Assembly (NCBI GenBank): GCA_016782405.1
Contig: JADHYO010000001.1
Span: 1-47,478, forward strand
Length of the DNA: 47,478 bases
Direction: 5' to 3'
Source: Candidatus Aenigmatarchaeota archaeon
GTDB lineage: Archaea; Aenigmatarchaeota; Aenigmatarchaeia; QMZP01
The notes under the pieces were generated by a model that was not told where the DNA came from, made no database searches, and saw only the letters and a list, made by a program, of their open reading frames with translations. The position numbers and the translations under genes are program-made. Shown one piece after another: positions 1-7,804 of this stretch (positions are counted from its first letter, which is position 1; every line of letters begins with the position of its first letter).

Positions 1-2
1 AA

Positions 3-1034
3 AAACTTGGTTATTCAAAGATAACCATTGGGCATTGGAAAAGAAGAGGTGTTCTACCTGCTGAAATAGCAAAAAAAATGCTGAAATCAAACGCTCCATA
101 TGATACAGGGGATTTATGGATTAAAAGCGGGAAGAACTCCACTATGCCAGTTCCTCTCAAGGTGGAGATGGATTCTGATTTCCTGGTTTTTGCGGGTTTG
201 TGGCTTGCTGACGGATGCTATGACAGGAATTCTGTTATCATCTCTGTTGTTGAGGAGGAGAACAGGGAAATTGTCAGAAGGGTTGCCAGGAAATTCAGAT
301 TGAAGTGCAAAATGCATTCTGACGGATTTTCCCTGATGATTCATTCAAAGAGTTTGAAAAGCATTATGAAGAATGTCTTGAAGCTTGAAGGAAACTCCTA
401 TACAAAAAAAATGCCTGCCTGGGTTTTCATGCTTTCCAAGAAACAGATGGGCTCTGTTCTCAGGGGCCTGTTCAGTGGAGATGGTTGCGCTTCTGACAAA
501 GAGATAACAATGGCACTGGCGTCACAAAAGCTTATTCGAGATGTCCAGACAATGCTTTTACATTTCGGTGTTATCATAAGGATTAACAAATTACGAAAGG
601 ACAAGACACGGCACTGCAACATTAGCTCACTGAAATCATTGAGGGTGTTTAGAAGTAGCATAGGTTTCTTGACAAAAAAGAAAACCGAAAGGCTGAATGT
701 GCTGTGCTCAAAGAAATCAACGCATGATACAAGTGATGTGATTCCCCTTTCCCTTGGGACGAAAAGAAGGCTGGCTGAAGTTTGTAGAATCTTCAACAAA
801 CAAGATTATATCAATAGGAATAACAATATAGGAAGGGAACATCTGAAGAAAATCATTGCTGCCCTACCAAAAAATGAAACTGAATTGATTAAAGAACTGG
901 ACGCGCTTGCAAACTCTGACATCTACTGGGACAGGATTGTGAATATAAAATCATTCAGAAAATCACAGCATGTGTATGATTTCTCTGTTCCCGGTTACGA
1001 GAATTTCATCTCCAATAATATTCTTGCCCATAAC
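3..1034 (+). mobile_element. Intein with LAGLIDADG homing-endonuclease domain (N-terminal splicing blocks lie left of the window)
   Basis: Two LAGLIDADG-type motifs (FLVFAGLWLADGCYD and VLRGLFSGDGCAS). C-terminal splicing block VYDFSVPGYENFISNNILAHN followed by +1 Thr; extein sequence resumes immediately. Confidence 0.8.
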
Positions 1035-1829
1035 ACCCTCGAGCTTCCAATGGATAGTCTTCGCGCGCTGAACTACAATGTTACCCAACTCAAGAGTCGT
1101 TCTGTTATCACACAGGTGGAGACAGAGATGCCTGCTGACGAAGCTTTACGGACAGCCCTTAGGTTGGGGGATTCAGCTCTGATTGTGGGCGAGGTTCGTT
1201 CTCTAGAGGCTAAAGCACTCTATGAAGCAATGCGCATTGGGGCTCTTTCCAATGTTGTTGCAGGGACCATCCACGGGGAGTCTGCTTACGGTGTCTTTGA
1301 TCGGGTGGTGAACGATTTAGAGGTTCCGAAGACAAGCTTCAAGGCCACTGACATAATCCCTATCTGCAAGATGCTGCGTTCTGCTGATGGTCTCCACCGC
1401 TTCAGGAGGATGACTGAAATCACTGAGGTTCGGAAGGAATGGAGTGATGAGCCTGTTAAAGAGGGCGGCTTTGTGAACCTAATGGAATACTCTGGTAAAG
1501 AGGATCGTCTGAAGCCTACGGACACGCTATTGAATGGTGAAAGTGAAATCTTGAATCGCATTGCTTCCAATGTTAGGGAGTGGTCAGGGAATTGGGAGGC
1601 AGTTTGGGAGAACATCAATCTCCGCGCAAAAATGAAGGCAGAGATGCTCCGCCTCTCTGAGCAGCTGAAAAAACCTGGGCTGATTGAGGCTGATTGGGTT
1701 GTGCACTGCAATCAGCAGTACCACCTTATTGAGGAGAAGGTCCGTGAGGAGATTGGGCATCCAGATCCTAGCAGGGTTTGGGAGGACTGGAAAAGGTGGT
1801 TTACTGTAAATGCGATGGGGAAGAAGTGA
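3..1829 (+). CDS. Type II/IV secretion-family ATPase (VirB11/FlaI/PilT-like), 5'-truncated by the window edge and interrupted by an intein
   Basis: Frame 3 is open from nt 3 up to the listed Met at 78, so the CDS enters from the left edge. After the junction ..NNILAHN|TLELP (Asn codon 1032-1034) the sequence is the C-terminal half of a secretion ATPase: ALRTALRLGDSALIVGEVRSLEAKALYEAMRIGA..VAGTIHGES (Asp-box/His-box pattern). Confidence 0.8.
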   Translation, partial: KLGYSKITIGHWKRRGVLPAEIAKKMLKSNAPYDTGDLWIKSGKNSTMPVPLKVEMDSDFLVFAGLWLADGCYDRNSVIISVVEEENREIVRRVARKFRLKCKMHSDGFSLMIHSKSLKSIMKNVLKLEGNSYTKKMPAWVFMLSKKQMGSVLRGLFSGDGCASDKEITMALASQKLIRDVQTMLLHFGVIIRINKLRKDKTRHCNISSLKSLRVFRSSIGFLTKKKTERLNVLCSKKSTHDTSDVIPLSLGTKRRLAEVCRIFNKQDYINRNNNIGREHLKKIIAALPKNETELIKELDALANSDIYWDRIVNIKSFRKSQHVYDFSVPGYENFISNNILAHNTLELPMDSLRALNYNVTQLKSRSVITQVETEMPADEALRTALRLGDSALIVGEVRSLEAKALYEAMRIGALSNVVAGTIHGESAYGVFDRVVNDLEVPKTSFKATDIIPICKMLRSADGLHRFRRMTEITEVRKEWSDEPVKEGGFVNLMEYSGKEDRLKPTDTLLNGESEILNRIASNVREWSGNWEAVWENINLRAKMKAEMLRLSEQLKKPGLIEADWVVHCNQQYHLIEEKVREEIGHPDPSRVWEDWKRWFTVNAMGKK

Positions 1830-1873
1830 GTTTAGGTACACACCTTTAAATAGACAAAGCACCAAGATTTTTT

Positions 1874-2176
1874 ATGCAAAAAATCTCTTGTCCCTATTGC
1901 AAGTCCAATAAAATGGTTTTCCGGGGATACCGCTACAATGAGAAGTCCAAGAAACGCCTGCGGCTCTGCAAATCCTGCGGGAGGAAGTTTACGCTCCGTA
2001 ACGTCTACTTCAGGATGCGTTTTTCCCCAGTAGAAATCAAGCGGGCAGTCTCTCTCTATAAAAAAGGATTTTCTCTAGCAGAAGCGAAGCTTCGCATGGA
2101 AAGAGAAGGAGTCAGGGTCTCTCGCTGGACAATCCTCAAATGGTACAAAAAATACACCAAACCCGAGGACCGCTAA
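1874..2176 (+). CDS. Small Zn-ribbon + HTH DNA-binding protein (IS1 InsA / transposase N-terminal-like architecture, no catalytic domain)
   Basis: 100 aa. CPYC..(22 aa)..CKSC zinc ribbon, then an HTH-like segment GFSLAEAKLRMEREGVRVSRWTILKWYKKY. Confidence 0.6.
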   Translation: MQKISCPYCKSNKMVFRGYRYNEKSKKRLRLCKSCGRKFTLRNVYFRMRFSPVEIKRAVSLYKKGFSLAEAKLRMEREGVRVSRWTILKWYKKYTKPEDR

Positions 2177-2215
2177 GTTGACAAAACAAAAACCCTCCGA
2201 AACCTGGCGATAAAC
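2170..2215 (+). repeat. Intergenic repeat family, copy 1 (overlaps the stop codon of 1874..2176)
   Basis: CCGCTAAGTTGACAAAACAAAAAC (2170-2193) matches the reverse complement of 18584-18607 at 23/24 nt. The core TAAGTTGACAAAACAAAAAC matches 7805-7823 at about 17/20 with one indel. Downstream CGAAACC is shared with copy 3. Confidence 0.7.
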
Positions 2216-3330
2216 AACTAAAACTCGGGCAATGTCCTTTTCCCCGCCCCCCAAAACACACAGCTTATTTGGCCATGTGCCTTGGGTTGTTGTCTACCCC
2301 TATAACCTAAAAACAAAAGTTCGTCGCATTCAACCATCGATTGCGGAGGGATATTTTTTGGAGCGTGGACTGGGCATGAGTGAAGAGTGATGTTTGGAAA
2401 ACTCTTTGTGAAAATGCATTTGCAGTCTACCCTCACAGAAGATAATCCTTTATTATCAATTTTACACGATCTGCCGGCCCGCACATCATTTGCAACAGAA
2501 AAAAAGGGGGAGAAAGAATCCAAATTCGAATAATAAACCGAAGCTTCATCCCCCTCCCCATCTATCAAGAACCTTCTACCTCTGTTGCGAACAAAAAACC
2601 TTTCCACCTCTTCCTTGTGTGTGGGGGGTTTTACCTCCTCGTTGTCTGTCGGCCCCTACTACTTACACCGACTCTGCGGTTGTGAAAACCACTACCATCA
2701 CTACGGCGAGAACGTCCTTTCTCCTCTTTCACCTCTGCCGTTGCTTCTCGTAGCTTTTTGTCGTCTTGCTGCGGTGGTGTGGTAGTTCTCACTCGTCGCT
2801 TCCCCATATGGGAACCCCCTATCCGATCCTCCCTTGGAAAAAATAGCCATGAGCAGTCGGGAGGACAAAACTGCCTAGGCTTAGAATAGCAACCCCTCTC
2901 CACTGAAGGGGTGCATAATATAATGCGATGTATAAAAACGGTGGGGAAGGTGTCTAATGATTAAAGCGGTTAAGTGTGTCGCAGCCAGCATGGCTGCTAG
3001 GTGGGGTATGTATAGGTGGGAAAGACACCTCCCCAACCAAATCTTGAATTCACGTTTCTAAGAAGTTCACTAGCCCCGCGCGCGGCGTTGCATACTATGA
3101 TGCACCGGGAGGGGTGGGTTGTTAGGAATCCCTGGCCGCCGCGCGCACTGTCAGACAGAATGATCGGAATGTAGTTGGTTGGGGAGACACTGTTGAATGT
3201 ACTCGAATAACTATTCCAATCAATACAGTCTTCCACCCCCCGCAGTCTCTTCCCACCTATTGTCGACTGCGATTCCACCCCACACCACCCGAGGCGAAAA
3301 GGGCATTGGTGAAAAAACTAAAACAACATC

Positions 3331-3420
3331 CTGACCCCGAGAGCAGGCCGAAAGCTTCTAAGCTCCGGGTGGAACCTGCTCACCTACAAATCAGCCTTGA
3401 AAGATTTGTAGTGGGGTCAG
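3331..3420 (+). ncRNA. Three-helix RNA module, copy R1
   Basis: P1 CTGACCCC/GGGGTCAG (3331-3338/3413-3420), P2 GAGCAGG/CCTGCTC (3341-3347/3375-3381), P3 CTACAAATC/GATTTGTAG (3384-3392/3403-3411). Paralog of 3660-3750. Confidence 0.5.
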
Positions 3421-3659
3421 GGCTCTGCCCAGTGACAGTTAAAAAATTAATTCAGCTCCAACCGCAAGGCGCGCAGAGAATGATTGCTCGCTGGAAATGG
3501 CTGGGTATTTCCAACTAGGATGAGGCCAGGTCCAGTCAAACCTGCGCGCCTTTCGCTCATGTGCCGGTGCCATATAGAGAGGTTGTAGCCCGAGAGAAAT
3601 TACCGGCACATCTTCAGCCTTCAACAAGGAAGCGCTCTTACGAGCGTTGCGTTGGGCCT

Positions 3660-3750
3660 CTGACTCCAAGAGCAGGCCGAAAGCTTCTAATCTCTCGGAT
3701 GTGTCCTGCTCACCTGCAAGCCGAGTTCGAAAAACTTGCAGTGGGGTCAC
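3660..3750 (+). ncRNA. Three-helix RNA module, copy R2
   Basis: Same architecture as R1. P1 GACTCC/GGGGTC has a U.G pair only on the + strand. P2 is identical (3670-3676/3705-3711). P3 is rebuilt with different sequence, CTGCAAG/CTTGCAG. The 21-nt block GAGCAGGCCGAAAGCTTCTAA is identical to R1. Confidence 0.5.
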
Positions 3751-3908
3751 AGACAGATGATGGTGGGTGATTGGCAGTGTGATTATCACCCGATCGTCAG
3801 AGTGTTCCAAAAGTCGGAGGGTTCCAGTGTGTATTCAAAAAGCCCCGGGTGGGGATGCGAATAGCTTGATCGGTGTCCAGACCATGTCAAGCGACTCGGG
3901 GCTGGGTT

Positions 3909-4236
3909 AAAATCAAACGATGGGGCGGGCAAAACAGTAACACAATTTTACCTCGACAGTGGTCACTCTCGTAGGTTATAATTGATTCATCATGCCCGCC
4001 CCGCAAAAATCAATGGGTGGCGGGTAAAGTAAAACCTCTCATTCAGGCTACGGTCAAATAGCCACATATCATTTGTTCTGGTGATGCAATACCCGCCACG
4101 CAAAATTCAACTGGGTAAGCGCTTCCATGGTAGGATCTAGTAGATAGACAAGACAACATCAGGAAGGCACTTACCCAGAAAAGACAATCAAGTCACCTGA
4201 TTCCTTGAGGAAAGTCTTTGAAGCTTTCCTGAGGAA
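3909..4236. repeat. Tandem array of 3-4 long hairpins separated by A-rich spacers (period about 90-96 nt)
   Basis: H1 3922-4002 (GGGGCGGGCA/TGCCCGCCCC), H2 4017-4099 (GTGGCGGGTA/TACCCGCCAC), H3 4111-4178 (CTGGGTAAG/CTTACCCAG), weaker H4 4201-4236. Spacers are AAAATCAAAC, AAAAATCAAT, AAAATTCAA and AAAAGACAATCAAG. Confidence 0.6.
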
Positions 4237-4321
4237 GAAACCATCTGCTAACAAAAAGTTTGGTTCCCTGTGGGCATTCCGAAGGAATGTCGTGCAAATG
4301 GTTTGTGAAATTGATGAAACA

Positions 4322-6316
4322 TTACTTGAAGTCAACCCGCTCAAAGTCTGCTTTCTTTGCGAACTTTTCTGGGCTGGCTATATAGACGGTTAGGGGACCT
4401 TGTTTGTATGAAAGCCTAGCGGCTTCCTGCAGAAGGACGTTCCTCACACCCTCTGTCGCGCATATGAAGTATGGGGTTTCCCTCAAACCCTCTTCTATTT
4501 TTTTTCGGTTTGTTGTGTTTTCGATGATTACAGTAAGCTTTTTATTGTTCTGCTTATATATAAGCCTTTTTCCCTCTTGATCAAACTCCCAGCCCACCCC
4601 AGTGAGGTTAGAAACAATCTCTGTTATGTCCTTGTTTGATGATGTTTCCTTCCTGGTGAAATTCTCATCAAACACCTGATCCCCATTATCTGTGAGGAAA
4701 TAGAAGTGCAGTACATTCCTTCCAGTCTTCCCGCGCTTCATACCGACCAGGCCTTGGTCAGCCAGTTTTTTAACATGCCGCTCGAATGTTTTGCCTGACA
4801 TCTTTGTTCTGGAATAAATCCTTGAAGCAAAGCTACCTTTCCCTGATCCAATTGCCTCGATAATCTTCATCCCTTGCTCACTGATTTCCTCCTGAACATG
4901 CTCCTCTGCTACTGATTCTTTCTTGCCTGAGACCTTTTCCACAATCCGGTTGCCCATGAACTTGCTGATTTCCTCATCTGTAACGATTCCCTTTTCCATT
5001 GGGAACTTTGGGAACTCAATAAGGAATGGGCTCTGGAGCGACATCCTGCAAAGTATGAAACCGTGCCCAATAGGTAGTTGCCTGAGGTAAGGGGTTTCCT
5101 CCTCTGAGAGGCCAAGCATGTTGCTGGCGTCCTGGACATCTGAGGATTGCTTTGTGTCCAGTCCAAGGTTCATGTATATATGGGTTGATGTGTTTCCCAG
5201 GGCTGGGTAAGAAACCAATGAGGGGTGCTGGTCCAGATAGATCATGCCAAGCCCAAGCTCCCTAACCTCACGGAATATCAGCTCCATCACAGTTTCAGAT
5301 CCCATTTTCTTTGCCTTATCGCGGTTGAGGACGTGATGCGCTTCTTCCAGGAAAACCACACCTGCGAGCTCTTCCTTTTTCCAGTTAACAAGCAGCCAGT
5401 CCCTTATCCACTGGAGGATGATTTCTATGAAAAAAGACTTGTCATTTGTGTCAAGTGCGTCCAGCTCCAGGATGGTTATTTTTCCTGGCCTGAAAAAATC
5501 TGATGGAAGGATACCATCCTTTACCTTAAAGACCTCTCCCACCTCTTTGAAACAGAGGCTCTCTAAAGGTCGCTCGGCAGTAGCGAGCCAGTTCCGCTCC
5601 CTTGTCGGGAGGTTTGCAGAACCATACTCGTTCAGCCACTCCTTGAGATCTTGGAGGGTGGGATTCTCATGTGACATATAAACATTGTCCATTGACTTCA
5701 AAATTATATGACGGCCACCGCCAAGCAACCAGTAGGCATGGTCAAAGATTGAAGCAAACTCCTTAATCCACTGTGACAATTGGATCCCTGGTGGGGGCTT
5801 CAATGGGTTGAATTTGAACGGGGAAACGTTTCTGCCTATGGTGAAGATTTCTATCCTGTCTCTTAACGGGGTGGAGATAAGGTCTTTATAATTTCTTTTG
5901 GAGAAGTCAAAAATAATTACAGGGATTCCCTGGTCTGACAGCTTCTCTATCAATGAATAAGCAAGGTTGGTTTTCCCATACCCTGAGGAGCCAAAAATCC
6001 CCATGTGTGAGAGGAACGTCTTCTTGTTCAAATAGAAGGGATGCATTCTCTTCCTTCCGTACAATGCCTTCCCAATCTCAACATCCCCTGGTTTTGGTGT
6101 TATTGCCGCCGGGGGCTCCCTCAAGGCTGCATCCCGCAAATCCGGGTCAGAGAAGACAGCTGCCTTGATAACATCAACCAGCTCAAAAATCCTTTTCTTA
6201 GTATCCTCATCAGCCAGGAGGTATGCTCTTCCCAGACGCTGTGCGTTTATTCTTCCTAGAACAGGAACCAGCCTCTTAATCTCCTCGGACACCAGCTTCT
6301 CCTGTGTGTCCATCAT
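4322..6316 (-). CDS. HerA/FtsK-superfamily (DUF87-like) P-loop ATPase fused to a C-terminal winged-helix domain plus an uncharacterised tail domain
   Basis: Walker A GIFGSSGYGKTNLA; Walker B-like VVFLEEAHHVL. C-terminal wHTH-like segment FASRIYSRTKMSGKTFERHVKKLADQGLVGMKRGKTGRNV. Start moved to the ATG at 6316: ATGA overlap with the upstream stop, and GGAGG lies 4-5 nt upstream. The listed 6427 start would overlap the upstream gene by 115 nt. Confidence 0.75.
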   Translation of the reverse strand: MMDTQEKLVSEEIKRLVPVLGRINAQRLGRAYLLADEDTKKRIFELVDVIKAAVFSDPDLRDAALREPPAAITPKPGDVEIGKALYGRKRMHPFYLNKKTFLSHMGIFGSSGYGKTNLAYSLIEKLSDQGIPVIIFDFSKRNYKDLISTPLRDRIEIFTIGRNVSPFKFNPLKPPPGIQLSQWIKEFASIFDHAYWLLGGGRHIILKSMDNVYMSHENPTLQDLKEWLNEYGSANLPTRERNWLATAERPLESLCFKEVGEVFKVKDGILPSDFFRPGKITILELDALDTNDKSFFIEIILQWIRDWLLVNWKKEELAGVVFLEEAHHVLNRDKAKKMGSETVMELIFREVRELGLGMIYLDQHPSLVSYPALGNTSTHIYMNLGLDTKQSSDVQDASNMLGLSEEETPYLRQLPIGHGFILCRMSLQSPFLIEFPKFPMEKGIVTDEEISKFMGNRIVEKVSGKKESVAEEHVQEEISEQGMKIIEAIGSGKGSFASRIYSRTKMSGKTFERHVKKLADQGLVGMKRGKTGRNVLHFYFLTDNGDQVFDENFTRKETSSNKDITEIVSNLTGVGWEFDQEGKRLIYKQNNKKLTVIIENTTNRKKIEEGLRETPYFICATEGVRNVLLQEAARLSYKQGPLTVYIASPEKFAKKADFERVDFK

Positions 6317-6891
6317 GCTGCCTCCCCTCCTGAGATGTCCCTGAATATATCTGCAATCTTCTTTTCTGTCTGATATTGCTCCAGGAGCTCCCTGAGTTCT
6401 GAGCGCAGCTCCACTAGGTCCCTCCAATACTGAACATTCTCCAGGCGCTTCTCCTTCCTGAGTATAGAAATGTCAAGCTTGAAGTTCCTTTTCTCATCAA
6501 TGTCCGCGACCTTTGAAGCCATCGCATCCTTCTCTTTTACATCAATATTAATCTCTTCCACCATCTCCTTGTGGATGACGTCTCTTAGCTTAATTGACTC
6601 TGATATCTCTTCTATTCTTTTTCCAATGAAATCAACCCTGTCAAAAAGCGAACCCATCACATCTTCGCCTAAAAGCGTTAGCGGCTGTATCTTCCGCTCC
6701 TCCATCCTTGGGGTTGCGCGGTGGCGGACCTTTACATCAGTGACCAGTCTCTCTTCAGGGAGTGGTTGTTCCTCAAAAATCGCGCGTTCCTGCCGCCGGG
6801 GCTCCAGCTCATAGAGGTCTTCAATTACTTCTTCTTTATACCTCCTCTCAATCTCAGCCCCAGGCTCTTTGCCTTTCTTATACTTAACCAT
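6313..6891 (-). CDS. Coiled-coil protein of unknown function, translationally coupled to the HerA-like ATPase
   Basis: 192 aa, highly charged heptad-like sequence (EEINIDVKEKDAMASKVADIDEKRNFKLDISILRKEKRLENVQYWRDLVELRSELRELLEQYQ). Its stop TGA overlaps the ATG of the next gene. Confidence 0.65.
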   Translation of the reverse strand: MVKYKKGKEPGAEIERRYKEEVIEDLYELEPRRQERAIFEEQPLPEERLVTDVKVRHRATPRMEERKIQPLTLLGEDVMGSLFDRVDFIGKRIEEISESIKLRDVIHKEMVEEINIDVKEKDAMASKVADIDEKRNFKLDISILRKEKRLENVQYWRDLVELRSELRELLEQYQTEKKIADIFRDISGGEAA

Positions 6892-7056
6892 ACCCGCTCC
6901 TGTTTCCCCAGGAAAGTCATAGGGGAACCACGAAAGTCATTCCTAAGACTTTCGTTATATACTTGGGCTTCCTGTTAATAAAGGCCTCTTCACGAGGGGG
7001 TCCTCTGGATCGCGACTCGGGCATTTAGGCACCGTTAAGATGACAAAATAAAAGCC

Positions 7057-7107
7057 GATGCGCACTGAAAATTTAATTTCTGGTGCGCATCTGACGCTTC
7101 TTTTTTT
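7057..7107 (+). terminator. Hairpin followed by a T7 tract (intrinsic-terminator-like, + orientation)
   Basis: GATGCGCAC (7057-7065) pairs with GTGCGCATC (7083-7091), followed by TGACGCTTCTTTTTTT. Confidence 0.3.
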
Positions 7108-7804
7108 AATGGGGTGGTATTGCCCCTGGGATTTCAGAAAACCCCTGTTTTTTCGGCTGATGCAGAACTAATACAACAACTACGGAGGGATGAGAAGTCG
7201 GGTCATGAGTTTACCCCTTCAAATCAGAACGGGGGCGGAGATACTGACACCCGTAGATTCGATAGAACGCGTCGTATCTACTTGATGCTGTCCTCCTGGT
7301 GGTTTTTGCTGTCTACATTCTTCAGGACGCACTCTTTTCTTGTGCGCTTGCGGACGAATTGGTCGTCATGCGCAGCCATATGGGGGGTCCCTTTCTGGCA
7401 GTTACTGCCATCATGGGGGTTTCGTCCTGTCCCTTACCAATAGGACACACTCTGGCAATCAAGGATGGGTAAGGCACCCATATCATCAGCCCGTGTCGTG
7501 AGCTTTGGGTTCAAAACAAACCAGGAGCTGTGCCGCTAATACAGCTCCTGGCTGTCCCAGGAGAACGAAAGCCTCCCGGTTCCCGATCCCGTCTAAGTCA
7601 GACCATTGATTGGTCAAAGTCTTAGTGTATTTCAGATTCGGTAAAAATATAGCTGACAATATCCTGGGTTCTGATTTAGAATCGGGTTTACGATTCTGGG
7701 AAAAAAATTGAGTTGGAAAAACATGACATGTGTATATTTGGTCTCTGGATTTTAAATAAGTGCTTTACAAAGAATTTTCATAATTCCAAATACCTAAGCA
7801 TCTT

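Larger units (their letters stand above)
2200..4240 (+). ncRNA. ORF-free, helix-dense region; candidate large or multipart structured ncRNA of unknown class
   Basis: Only short, mutually overlapping ORFs on both strands. Many perfect helices: 3029-3040/3175-3186 (12 bp) enclosing 3078-3087/3137-3146 (10 bp, all G/C); 3466-3476/3542-3552 (11 bp); 3561-3568/3602-3609; 2827-2833/2859-2865; 3841-3847/3897-3903. Non-Watson-Crick positions are G.U-compatible on the + strand. Confidence 0.4.

Noticed and set aside
3331-3750. R1/R2 as hammerhead-type ribozymes or as DGR template/variable repeats
   Set aside because: The three-way junction lacks the CUGANGA and GAAA hammerhead core strands. The R1/R2 differences are not adenine-specific, and no reverse transcriptase is nearby.
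2218-3810. Listed ORFs in the structured region (2218..2607, 2490..2753, 2631..2903, 2997..3278, 3306..3518, 3439..3810, 3561..3770) as possible genes
   Set aside because: They overlap each other on both strands and have low-complexity Pro/Arg/Gly/Ser/Cys-rich translations with no motifs. The two that cover the R1/R2 repeats read the identical 21-nt block in different frames.
3909-4236. CRISPR array interpretation of the periodic hairpin units
   Set aside because: The repeated parts are complementary half-stems that differ between units with compensatory changes. The period is about 90-96 nt, there is no constant direct repeat, and there are no cas genes in the window.
4200-4240. GAGGAAAGTC at about 4207 (and GGAAAGTC near 6908) as the RNase P RNA CR-I motif
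   Set aside because: Not followed by CCGGGC. No CR-IV/CR-V partner (ACAGAA..GGCUUA) or P4 pairing is visible. Here it forms the arm of a simple local hairpin.
4322-6427. The long version of the HerA-like ORF starting at 6427
   Set aside because: It would overlap the upstream coiled-coil gene by 115 nt with a Gly/Ala/Arg-rich extension. The ATG at 6316 gives an ATGA-coupled start with a GGAGG just upstream.
7114-7443. 109-aa ORF in the second ORF-free region
   Set aside because: GTG start, odd composition (Trp/Arg/Phe/Ser-rich), no motif, and it runs through several strong hairpins. A small real protein cannot be fully excluded.
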